DNA of 63,336 nucleotides, the filler included, from Octopus bimaculoides (taxonomy: Eukaryota), in NCBI RefSeq assembly GCF_001194135.2. It is 9 parts of 7 records of this genome, joined end to end, with 100 filler letters (N's around TTAATTAATTAA, not from the genome) between each part and the next. Parts side by side here need not be neighbours in the genome. Positions count along the whole stretch, not along the records: positions 36,869 to 48,635 come from NC_068981.1; 8 more parts are not named here. One strand, written 5' to 3'. Positions within the stretch are counted from its first letter, which is position 1. Each line of letters starts with the position of its first letter. This document shows, piece by piece, positions 37,196 through 48,635 of the stretch. The translations under genes and the position numbers were made by a program. The notes under the pieces were generated by a model. It made no database searches. It was not told the DNA's origin and saw nothing but the letters and a program-made list of their open reading frames with translations.

Positions 37196-38406
37196 TATAT
37201 ATATATGAATATACATATAAGGCAACTAAAGACAAGACGGATAGATAGATACATACATACATACATACATACATACATAGTTAAACATACCAATTGTTAG
37301 ATGCGCATTTAATGCACTTGTTATGGATAAGTTTAGCTTTAGGAAGGTTACGGCTTCATATGCATATTTTTATGCAATGAATATTAAAAATAAGCATAAA
37401 GGAATTATGCAGAATCAGCACGATCGAAAACTACTAAACGAGTCTCTGTTTTGAGAGCTGTTTTTCTGTTTCATGTTGTCGAGAAATTCATTTTACTGAC
37501 AAACATACCCATCAATGTATATGTGTAGATACGTGCGTACGAAAGTACATACGTACGTGTACATATACACCCATATATACATATATGTGTGCATACCTGT
37601 GTGTGTACGTTTGATGTAGTTGGTAGTATAAGTAGAATATATGCATATTATCCAATCATTTCTGTAATACCTTAGGCAATATCACATGATTGCCTCTGAT
37701 AATTCTCAGCAACACTAGACATAAGTGAAATTTTCAGAAATTATTTCCCTCCAAAACTTCTACTTTATTTATATTATTTCATGTATATAATTCCCATCAT
37801 ACTTTCCATTTCTTTCTTTTATATTAGAGCTTTTATTTTCAATTTTTTTTGCGTTACAATATCCATTGGTAGAGCAATATATCTCTTCGTCGTCAGTAAT
37901 AAAAGGGATGGAAACAACAGACTTAATACAATTAGCTGAAGCAAACGCTATTTGCACCATTGTTTTAAAAGTATTACTAGAGTAGATGCTATTCCTTTAT
38001 GCTTTTCTTTGTATGATATATGACGTGCATCAAATATGTTAAGAGAATCTTCTGGGAATATATAAGCAAAGACCTTAGTATTTTATTATATAGGATTTAA
38101 TCTAAAAATTGAGCCTCACCATATAAATCAAAATAAATATCTCGTTGCCAGAACTAAACAATTTGATATTATATCGTATACCGTATGCAGTAAAGGATAT
38201 GTGCTGAATAATAGGAAATAAAGATAATATAGTATTGCTTGTTCCTTGTAGTATCGTATAAGCTTTGTTTATAGGAAATATCGGTTTATTTTCAAATACT
38301 TATGTCTGCAGATAAATAGTAGTCGCTCATATATTATTATATATATTCACACAATATTTTTCTGTTTGTGCATCCTTAAAATTTCATACAAACACACATT
38401 CACACA

Positions 38407-38437
<31 letters not shown>

Positions 38438-39309
38438 GCACGCATATATATATATAAATGTATACATATATGCATACAAATATATATGCATATATATATA
38501 TATACATATTCGTATATATATACATATACATTGATATATATGCATACATATATAGACAAACACACACACACACACACACGCACACATATATATATATATA
38601 TGTANNNNNNNNNNNNNNNNNNNNNNNNNNNNNNNNNNNNNNNNNNNNNNNNNNNNNNNNNNNNNNNNNNNNNNNNNNNNNNNNNNNNNNNNNNNNNNNN
38701 NNNNNNNNNNNNNNNNNNNNNNNNNNNNNNNNNNNNNNNNNNNNNNNNNNNNNNNNNNNNNNNNNNNNNNNNNNNNNNNNNNNNNNNNNNNNNNNNNNNN
38801 NNNNNNNNNNNNNNNNNNNNNNNNNNNNNNNNNNNNNNNNNNNNNNNNNNNNNNNNNNNNNNNNNNNNNNNNNNNNNNNNNNNNNNNNNNNNNNNNNNNN
38901 NNNNNNNNNNNNNNNNNNNNNNNNNNNNNNNNNNNNNNNNNNNNNNNNNNNNNNNNNNNNNNNNNNNNNNNNNNNNNNNNNNNNNNNNNNNNNNNNNNNN
39001 NNNNNNNNNNNNNNNNNNNNNNNNNNNNNNNNNNNNNNNNNNNNNNNNNNNNNNNNNNNNNNNNNNNNNNNNNNNNNNNNNNNNNNNNNNNNNNNNNNNN
39101 NNNNNNNNNNNNNNNNNNNNNNNNNNNNNNNNNNNNNNNNNNNNNNNNNNNNNNNNNNNNNNNNNNNNNNNNNNNNNNNNNNNNNNNNNNNNNNNNNNNN
39201 NNNNNNNNNNNNNNNNNNNNNNNNNTATATATATATAAAAATATACATACATATATATAATAGATATGTATGTGTATATATATATATATATATACATATA
39301 TGTACGCTA

Positions 39310-39505
39310 TGATTGATTGCTAGCCACTAAACCATTTTTATTTTCTCTCTCTGCTTATTTCTGTGTTCCTTTCAGTTGATGAGCTTAGGCTCGAAACGCA
39401 AAAGACTTTCTCACTTCCAAAGCGCTAAACTAATACATATGTTTGTTGTTCACACACCCGTCTTCGTTTTTTATTTTGTAACTTCCTGTAAATTCCGTCT
39501 ATATA
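39310..39505 (+). mobile_element. Probable solo PLE-type terminal repeat with a degenerate hammerhead-like motif
   Basis: CTTTCAGTTGATGAGCTTAGGCTCGAAACGCAAAAG followed by a pyrimidine-rich tail ending before (TA)n/(GT)n. Confidence 0.45.
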
Positions 39506-40280
39506 TGTGTGTGTGCGTGTGTGTGCATGCGTCTATAGAGATACCAATTTGTGTGCTATCGATATACACATGTTTGTGGCCTCACGGATTCACATCTCTA
39601 CCATTTTATAAGAAATTATTCACTGTAAACTCTCAATAAGAAATAGAATATGACTGGGGAAAAAAAGAAGGACTGCAAAAATCTTAAAGATAAGCGAAAA
39701 TTAAATTTATCTGGAACGTAATGTTCTATTTCATTGTATTTCAAGGCATGTCTTCACCTAGAAGTATCTGCACTAATTTTATTTCATGATACAGTGCTGT
39801 TCATTCTGCATCTCTACGTAATGCTTATTGATCACGTGTCATCTTTATTCGCCTATGTTGATAAAATGTCATGACGCTTGAGCCTTTCAATCAACTCCTT
39901 CAAACAATTATTTCAAACCTTAGAGAGAATTTCCAAATGATAAAACGATTTCTCTAATATAAATCTTGAAATCAGTTTGAAAGTGTACGTAGAAGGTCAT
40001 TTTTTTGATTATATAGCAACGTCATCCATCTCTACATACTGTTTTCCTCTAGTTTTTTTTTTATTCAGTGAATATTCTAATTATGGACGGCGTTTGAATT
40101 GTACAATGAATTTTAAGGAATAAAATTTCGCCAACTTTGCACAGATGAGGCACATATGGACCTGTTTTTCTAGGGACGTGACTCAAAATTGAAACACTTT
40201 CAATTATTGTATGACAGAAAATACTTCCATAAACCTCTCCGTCTCCCTCTTGTTGTATTTCAAGTTGTCGGTACTGATGC

Positions 40281-40380
40281 TGGTGTTGTGGTGGTGGTGG
40301 TGGTGGTAGTAGTGGTGGTGGTGGTGGTGGTGGTGTTGGTGGTGGTGGTAGTGCTGGTTGTAGTGGTGGTGGTGGTGGTG
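40281..40380. repeat. (GTG)n microsatellite
   Basis: Directly visible up to the gap. Confidence 0.95.
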
Positions 40381-42400
40381 NNNNNNNNNNNNNNNNNNNN
40401 NNNNNNNNNNNNNNNNNNNNNNNNNNNNNNNNNNNNNNNNNNNNNNNNNNNNNNNNNNNNNNNNNNNNNNNNNNNNNNNNNNNNNNNNNNNNNNNNNNNN
40501 NNNNNNNNNNNNNNNNNNNNNNNNNNNNNNNNNNNNNNNNNNNNNNNNNNNNNNNNNNNNNNNNNNNNNNNNNNNNNNNNNNNNNNNNNNNNNNNNNNNN
40601 NNNNNNNNNNNNNNNNNNNNNNNNNNNNNNNNNNNNNNNNNNNNNNNNNNNNNNNNNNNNNNNNNNNNNNNNNNNNNNNNNNNNNNNNNNNNNNNNNNNN
40701 NNNNNNNNNNNNNNNNNNNNNNNNNNNNNNNNNNNNNNNNNNNNNNNNNNNNNNNNNNNNNNNNNNNNNNNNNNNNNNNNNNNNNNNNNNNNNNNNNNNN
40801 NNNNNNNNNNNNNNNNNNNNNNNNNNNNNNNNNNNNNNNNNNNNNNNNNNNNNNNNNNNNNNNNNNNNNNNNNNNNNNNNNNNNNNNNNNNNNNNNNNNN
40901 NNNNNNNNNNNNNNNNNNNNNNNNNNNNNNNNNNNNNNNNNNNNNNNNNNNNNNNNNNNNNNNNNNNNNCTGCAGTATATATATATATATACTGCAGTTT
41001 TCAATGTTATTGAACTGCCTTATTGAATTATATATATATTCATTAAGTTACTAGACATATTTTCATTAAATATTAATGTCAATCACAACGACTACACAGC
41101 GTAGCCAACATATTACACGTATGTATATTTCAACCATAATAAGTTTGTTTATATGTATTTATGTTACTCAAACTGAAAGGATAATCTTACTAATGTATCA
41201 AATATAATTTTAAGACAAAAGCAAATCCAATGTTCCATTCGAAGCGGCATGTGTTAAAAAGTACCGTTGATTAAAATGGAAAGCTATCACCATTTCAGAA
41301 TAATTTCACGTCTTATTCCATTCTGAAAGTTAATGAAATGTGGCAGGTGTTTATAAATATTTAAGTAAACTTATACTAATTTCTGTAATTTCTCTCCTTC
41401 TGTTGTAATCTTTAATGATATTTTTGTTCTAGTTTAGAAGTATGTAATGAAAATAAAATATTTTCCTTATTGCTAATTTATAACTGGAGCTTAATAAAAT
41501 CTATTAAATCAGACAACACGACAACCTGCTGGTATTCTCAGTAACATTTTGTAATGAGTAAGTACATGGGGAAATCTGTTAAATAACAACCTATTTGTGT
41601 TTTGTCACCGATACTGCATTTTTCAATCCTCATGAACATCCTCATCATCATCAGCAGCAGATTCCTATGCCATGCCGTTATCTGGATGTAAAATTTCTGC
41701 TATCTGATGTCTACATAAAAATTATTATTTCCACACATCACGCTTATGTATATAAAAAAAACATAAAAATGTGTTATCTTTAGCATCAACCAAGTGGATC
41801 TTAATACATATAGGAAATTCTAAAGGCTTATTTCAGGAAATACACAATTATTTATGATCAATAGTTTGTTTTTCCCACTTTTAACAAATGTTTGTTTTCC
41901 GATTTTGCTGAGTATAATTATATTTAACGCTATTGTACTCCATTTGCACATTTAAAGATTTATTATATCTCCAGTAGCCAAACTAGCCATGCTCTTGAGG
42001 AAAAAATGTCCTTAAACGCCGTGCATTACATGACATAAACTCCATGTCTAATGCTATTCACAAAACTCGGATGCATTTGCTGAATGTTGACAGTAAGGAT
42101 TCAAGGTAGTATTTAATGAAGTAATTTCAGCAATAATATATTACGGATGAAAAAAGATACAGGAACTTATCTTAAGGGGATCGTGGATTCAAAAAAGAAA
42201 TATAATTATGTTGTGCCTTTCGAGAAATTCTAAACGGATACGTTCTACAAGATCGTATCAAAGAACATCACTTCATGCACTATTTATTCCGGTAGTTCTA
42301 CTAAATTTACAGGTTTTTTAATGATTTTTTTCACCATTTACTTTACATTCATGGTACTGCAGTTCTTCAAGCTTCGCATTTATTTACACTCGCATAATTT

Positions 42401-42462
<62 letters not shown>

Positions 42463-44169
42463 NNNNNNNNNNNNNNNNNNNNNNNNNNNNNNNNNNNNNN
42501 NNNNNNTATATATATGCAATCAGTCGTAATATCTTATGTAATATGAAGGAAAATTATTTTGTTATGAATAGATTAAGAGTAAAAATAGTTTTCATCGTTG
42601 TGCATACTACAAAATTGACGACACATTGACATATGTAAAGAAAACAACAATTTTATACGGAACACCCATCAATAAGCAATGAACTATGTGTACTTGAAGT
42701 ATCAAATTACACAAGCTTTTATTTTCATATGAGGTTCTTATATATTACGCTTTAAGCCTATGCTACATTTATGCTTCATCCTCAAAAAAAAATACCAGGT
42801 ATGTATTGCAGATGATGGTATCGACAGGGTCATCTCTCAAAGTTGCTGACTTTGGCCTAAATCGCAAACTGTTATTATCATGATAATGCATAGAATTCGG
42901 ATTATTTTTGGAAAAAAAGTGACGAGGTAATTTTCAGTCAATAGACAACCGTTTAGAATTTAACAGAATTTGAGAGAAAAAGCTAGAATCGTGTAACTTA
43001 CAAAGAATAAAGATAGCTATCTAACACAACTGTTAAAACTGTGCTCAAACATTTGTAGGGAAGGGCCCAAAAAATCGCAAACTGGAAAGAATTGTTTTGG
43101 GAAGTAAAGCACAGGAATATTATATATTTACTACTATCATATTTATTTGCGTATATCATACGAGACAATACCGGATGTCATGTTTCTGTGTGATTGTGTG
43201 AAGAGAGTTACATCATACGCCCTGATATAGCGGTGTGAGTACAAGAGTCTACACTCGTCGCGGGTGTATAAAAATATGGTCAAACGCATTATTTTCGGCT
43301 TTACTAAATGCGGACAAACACGCATGACTGGAGCTCAATATAGAGGTGGAAAATACCTATTTGTCCATATTATGTGTGAGTATGTGGGTGAACGTGTTGT
43401 GAGTACGTTCGTTTGTGTCTGTCTGTCTGTGTGAAAAACATCAGATTGAACAAAAAGAAAGAACTTACCTCTTTATATTAACGTCAGCTTAACGTGCTCA
43501 GAATAAAAATGTATGCCCAGTTAAGTGATCGTGCATCGCATATTTATGCAGAGGTCAATACAAGGAAACCAAATACTAGACGCGTGTGTAAATCTGCCTG
43601 TGTAGTCTGATGAAAGCACTTTCAAAATAAAACTTTCACAATGCAATTTCCTTCAGTCTTATTAGAAAAAGCATCACAAGATCTGTCCATTTATATCTGG
43701 AGATTTTAAGACATAGTATTGATTCAAGGATTTAGAAAACATTAGAAATCAGCGAAACAGGTTAAGGATATTTGATATGTACATAGTCAAGAGATATCTG
43801 ATTCTGGAACATTTTCATATATTTCAAAAATATCTCAAAATCAGATGAAAGAACATTATCCAGTATCGGAACCTCATCAAATATTTTCTGAAGCAAAATT
43901 AATTCGCCGTTTCCTCATATTCAATGGTTCAACAGATACATAATTAGCATGAAAGATCACAAACTTCATTTCTTCAATTTTCATCAACTTGCAGACATTC
44001 TTGACTTAATTATAATTTTAAAACTCTACATCCTGAGTTTTTCAACTCCGTAATATTAAAGCTTTTTCACATATTGCACAATGTTTCTATACCTAGCTAT
44101 TTACAAGAAAATATCGCATATTCCTAGCTTTTCGAGCGGGATAAAAAAAAATTGATTATGACACGACCA

Positions 44170-44227
<58 letters not shown>

Positions 44228-44289
44228 GATGGTCCAACAAAGATTAGTGATGCACTGAATGACTAATTCAAATGTGTCTTTAACATCTC

Positions 44290-45690
44290 TTTAGAACACA
44301 GGCATGTGGACGAGCCTTTGCCGCCTCATCTATAACCATCGAGGCAGTTATGATGGATACATCGGCATTAGCGAAATGGATACACTACTAGCCATAGATG
44401 AGGTGGACGCAAACTCAACTGCTGGTTTAATGGTTTCCCAGCAATCATCCTCAAATCGTGTACGAGTACCAGAGCTTTTTGTGCAAATGGCAGGCTGCGA
44501 AGTAAACTGAAGGAGGGAATAATATGCCAAATCCATAAAGAAGGAGGCAGAGCAGATGCCAAAAACTATAGGTCTATCTCTCTGACTTCACACATCAGCA
44601 AAGTCATGGAAAGGATAGTCAAACGGAAATTAATCGCATTCACCGAAGAAAACGACTTGCTAACTGTTATCCAGCACGGCTTTCAACCACTTAGAAGCTG
44701 CCTGACTCAGCTCTTACAACACTATGACTGGGTGTTGAAGCACTTTCTCAGCAACTGAAATGCGTACGTAACATAATTAACAGGAGTTGGACTCAATTTA
44801 CAGATGTGCTTAGGATAATAATATGCAGTTTAAAGCTGAAAAATTCGAAACCTAACCCTACCATCGTCCAAAACTAAATACAAAATTTACAGGGAATTAC
44901 AATCCCATATCCTATTGAGGGCGCTGGTTATCAACATGAGTGATGATACATCTTTCCAAGCGCACGTTACAAGGATGGCCACAAAGTGCAGACCGCTGGC
45001 TAGGTGGGTCCTGAGAACGTTTAGGACCAGAGAGAAGGAAATCATGATGGTCCTCTGGAGGATATTCGTCCTCAGGAACCTGGATTACTGCTCCCAGCTA
45101 TGGTCACCCGACAGTGTAAAATTAACAGCGGACCTCGAGGCAATCCAGCGAAGCTTCACAAACAAGATCATTTCATTGGGATCACACACAAGATCATTTA
45201 CTGGGAAAGGCCGAAACACCTAAAAATCTACTACTTCGAGCCAAGGCGGAAGAGGTATGCAGTAACATACATCTGAAAGAGCTTGGAATGAATTTTGCAA
45301 AATTCTGTCATTGAAAGGTACACAAGCTACACAAATGTCAGAACAGTTTGATACTGCGCAGTGCCAAATTTCCCAGCAATGTCATTACGATTCAGGACTA
45401 GTTGCTGCAACAGCTTTGGTTTCAGGAAGCCACAGAGTTTTATTATTCTCCCAACGAGCCTGAGGGACCTAAACAAGGTGGATGTAGGTGTTTTCAGATC
45501 AAAACTGGAACTCATTCTTTCTAGAATCCTAGAAGAACCAACCTCGCGGCAAGCTTTGAACGTGAGAGTAGCGATTTGAAACTCCCTTACTCACCAAATG
45601 CCACATATTAGAGGAGGCTCTCAAGAATAAAAGTGTAGCAAAAGGGCGGTGCTCTAGCATTGACACAACTCTGAGCTGAAACAAAGGGAA
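44290..45690 (+). mobile_element. CR1/L2-group LINE, decayed ORF2 with internal deletion of the RT core, plus 3' end
   Basis: Reads KNYRSISLTSHISKVMERIVKRKL...QHGFQPLRSCLTQLL, jumps to NNMQFKAEKF, then VLRTFRTRE...NLDYCSQLWSP...LEAIQRSFT and EEPTSRQ...HIRGGSQE*. Confidence 0.88.
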
Positions 45691-45809
45691 ATGTATATAT
45701 ATATAAATATATCACATATGAGCTATAGTTAATATATCTCGTGTTTCATACACGGGGATTATGAATTGTAATGGCAATTTCATTCAAGGATGACAAAATT
45801 GCTGATATC

Positions 45810-45876
<67 letters not shown>

Positions 45877-45910
45877 ATTATTATTATTTATTATTATTAT
45901 TATTATTATA
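45810..45910. repeat. (ATT)n microsatellite
   Basis: Directly visible. Confidence 0.95.
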
Positions 45911-46398
45911 TCTCTCAAATAATTGTGTAAAATATTGATGGCGCATATGTTACTCAACCATTAGAAGATATATATTGAAATTCATATTATGCTTACTTGC
46001 CTTAATTTTAATTTGAAGGGTTATCAGCATTTCATATAATCTATTCTCAAAGAGCATTGATTAATGTAAGCTAAATTACGTAATGTTATTGCCATTAAGA
46101 AGCAGCAGTTGTCGCCTTCTCCCCGCTTCGCTTTTGTGATATTTATTACCCACAATCATTACATCAAACTCCATGCGCTGTTCTCCTCTATTAAGGGTTA
46201 ATTTTGAATATTACTCTTTGGTGTTTTTCCATTTAAATGGAAACATATATATATCAATTAATATAAATGTTTGAACTAAACGCTCGATATTAAACCTTGG
46301 AATTTGGCACACTAAATAGCTTTCATAAAAGTGTAATATTTATTTCTATAATTATATTTATATTACTATGTCACCCATTCTCTCATTCTTTCTCTGCT

Positions 46399-46430
<32 letters not shown>

Positions 46431-46712
46431 TGCTAGCTATGTACCTCACAGCGTGCATAAATAATCGATTATTTATGTCTCTATGACACTCAATACAGTC
46501 TATGTGTCCATGCATGTGTTTTGTGTGCATTTCTATACATGGAGAGTACGGAAAAGAGCGAGTTGCCAGTCGTGCAACTTGATATATTAACAATAAACCT
46601 GTAACATGGAATATATGCGAATTAATGGGAGTCCGCAGGTTTGACATATGCAATTTTATGATCTCGAACAGTTAGTTACGAGAGAGGACATTTATATATA
46701 AACGTGTGTTTG

Positions 46713-46752
<40 letters not shown>

Positions 46753-47965
46753 NNNNNNNNNNNNNNNNNNNNNNNNNNNNNNNNNNNNNNNNNNNNNNNN
46801 NNNNNNNNNNNNNNNNNNNNNNNNNNNNNNNNNNNNNNNNNNNNNNNNNNNNNNNNNNNNNNNNNNNNNNNNNNNNNNNNNNNNNNNNNNNNNNNNNNNN
46901 NNNNNNNNNNNNNNNNNNNNNNNNNNNNNNNNNNNNNNNNNNNNNNNNNNNNNNNNNNNNNNNNNNNNNNNNNNNNNNNNNNNNNNNNNNNNNNNNNNNN
47001 NNNNNNNNNNNNNNNNNNNNNNNNNNNNNNNNNNNNNNNNNNNNNNNNNNNNNNNNNNNNNNNNNNNNNNNNNNNNNNNNNNNNNNNNNNNNNNNNNNNN
47101 NNNNNNNNNNNNNNNNNNNNNNNNNNNNNNNNNNNNNNNNNNNNNNNNNNNNNNNNNNNNNNNNNNNNNNNNNNNNNNNNNNNNNNNNNNNNNNNNNNNN
47201 NNNNNNNNNNNNNNNNNNNNNNNNNNNNNNNNNNNNNNNNNNNNNNNNNNNNNNNNNNNNNNNNNNNNNNNNNNNNNNNNNNNNNNNNNNNNNNNNATAT
47301 ATATACAAACTACTGATTACGAACTGTTAACTACTAAATGGATAACAATATTAACATTTTGAAGTTGTAAATATGTTAATCTTCAAACTACACATCTATG
47401 TTACGTTGTTTACGCATTATCCGTTCTAATGCAAAGCCATTAGGTCCAAAGATTGATCTAAGCAAGGGCAATAACGAAATAGGAACAGAAACATTATGCT
47501 ATTGAAATATGACTTCTAGAATTCAAAAGTGAGATTAGAGTCGGCCTATTTTCCACGTATGTAGAAAGTCCAGAATTAAACTTATTTCTAGTTTTCACCG
47601 TTCTCCTCAGAACACTCTGCTAACGCTTACTTACCTGTCGAAACGTAGAAATTCCCTTTTGCTTAGTTAATTAAAAAAAAAACTGATTGGATATTTTATA
47701 ACAATTTTCTATCAGAACATAATCCTTGTTAACTAATTAAAAAAAATTGTTGGTCGACTAATGGGTTGTTCGTTACTTTTTTTCTATATATTTTCTTGTG
47801 TATTTTGCCATAGTAACAACAAATAAAAAAATTAAAAAATAAAGCTCCAGTGCAAAATATTGGAAATAAAATGTAATGCATAATAAAGCCAATCACTTGA
47901 CATATATTAGCTTACCGAGTTTTTGCTTTTAGTAGGATTTTAACTATACATTCTAATGTTTCTGT

Positions 47966-48198
47966 TCGATATTTTAGAGACGAGTAATTCTGTACATAAT
48001 TTACATTATTTATATTGGACGATATGTGTCCTCATCTTGTTTGTTGTTATCACAATGTTTCGGCTGATTTACTCTCCAACCCTAAACATTCTACCAGGAC
48101 ACCTGATGAAGGCTGGAGTGAAGATCAGCCGAAACGTTGAGGTAACAACAAACAAGATGAAGACACATATACGTCCAATGTAAATAATGTAAATAATG
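47966..48198 (+). mobile_element. ORF-less foldback mini-element carrying a hammerhead core, flanked by a 15-bp direct repeat
   Basis: Arms of ~90 bp (47993-48082 and 48110-48200) are reverse complements; TTCTAATGTTTCTGT at 47951-47965 and 48199-48213. Confidence 0.7.
48098..48143 (+). ncRNA. Minimal type I hammerhead ribozyme motif (PLE-associated type), stem I partly decayed
   Basis: GACAC-CTGATGA-A-GGCTG(GAGTGAAGAT)CAGCC-GAAA-CG-TT-GAGGT. Core boxes at 48103-48109 and 48131-48134, perfect 5-bp stem II, palindromic ACGU stem III, GUU triplet. Confidence 0.65.
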
Positions 48199-48387
48199 TT
48201 CTAATGTTTCTGTGTTACTACCCGTTTCGTTTATTAATGTTTTCCTCTGGGTGGTACATTAATTCATAAGTAATGTTCTGAATCTCTAATTTTCGTTGAA
48301 TTCTATTGTCAACGTATTTTTTATGTAATAAAGCTGTGTTTATAATAATAATAATAATAATAATAACAAAAATTATTATTATTATTA

Positions 48388-48424
<37 letters not shown>

Positions 48425-48426
48425 TG

Positions 48427-48635
48427 TTCAGTAGTTTTATTTTTATAACGTGCTTTCACTTCACTACCGAGTGCAGCTCTGTGCACCTTGGGTATGTGCT
48501 GTGGTTTGCTGTGGTGCTCTTATGTTTACTGTATTGAAATTGTTTTGCGTAGAATGTGTGCAGTACACAGTAGTGCAATTTTCTGTATGTTATATATATT
48601 TGTATGTCCTGGTGTTTTTGTTATGTATTTGTCTG
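48427..48635 (-). mobile_element. Dong/R4-type LINE 3' end (cut by gap)
   Basis: Homologous to 29003-29215; again abuts a (TAA)n array (48340-48425). Confidence 0.8.

Noticed and set aside
41623-41713. Minus-strand HQIAEILHPDNGMA*ESAADDDEDVHED*, resembling an acidic protein C-terminus
   Set aside because: Internal stop; the acidic run comes from a short (GAT)n tract; no recognisable family.
43521-43606. Minus-strand peptide containing WFPCID (M1 aminopeptidase/TAF2-like motif)
   Set aside because: The frame hits a stop with no usable donor, and flanking residues do not extend the match.
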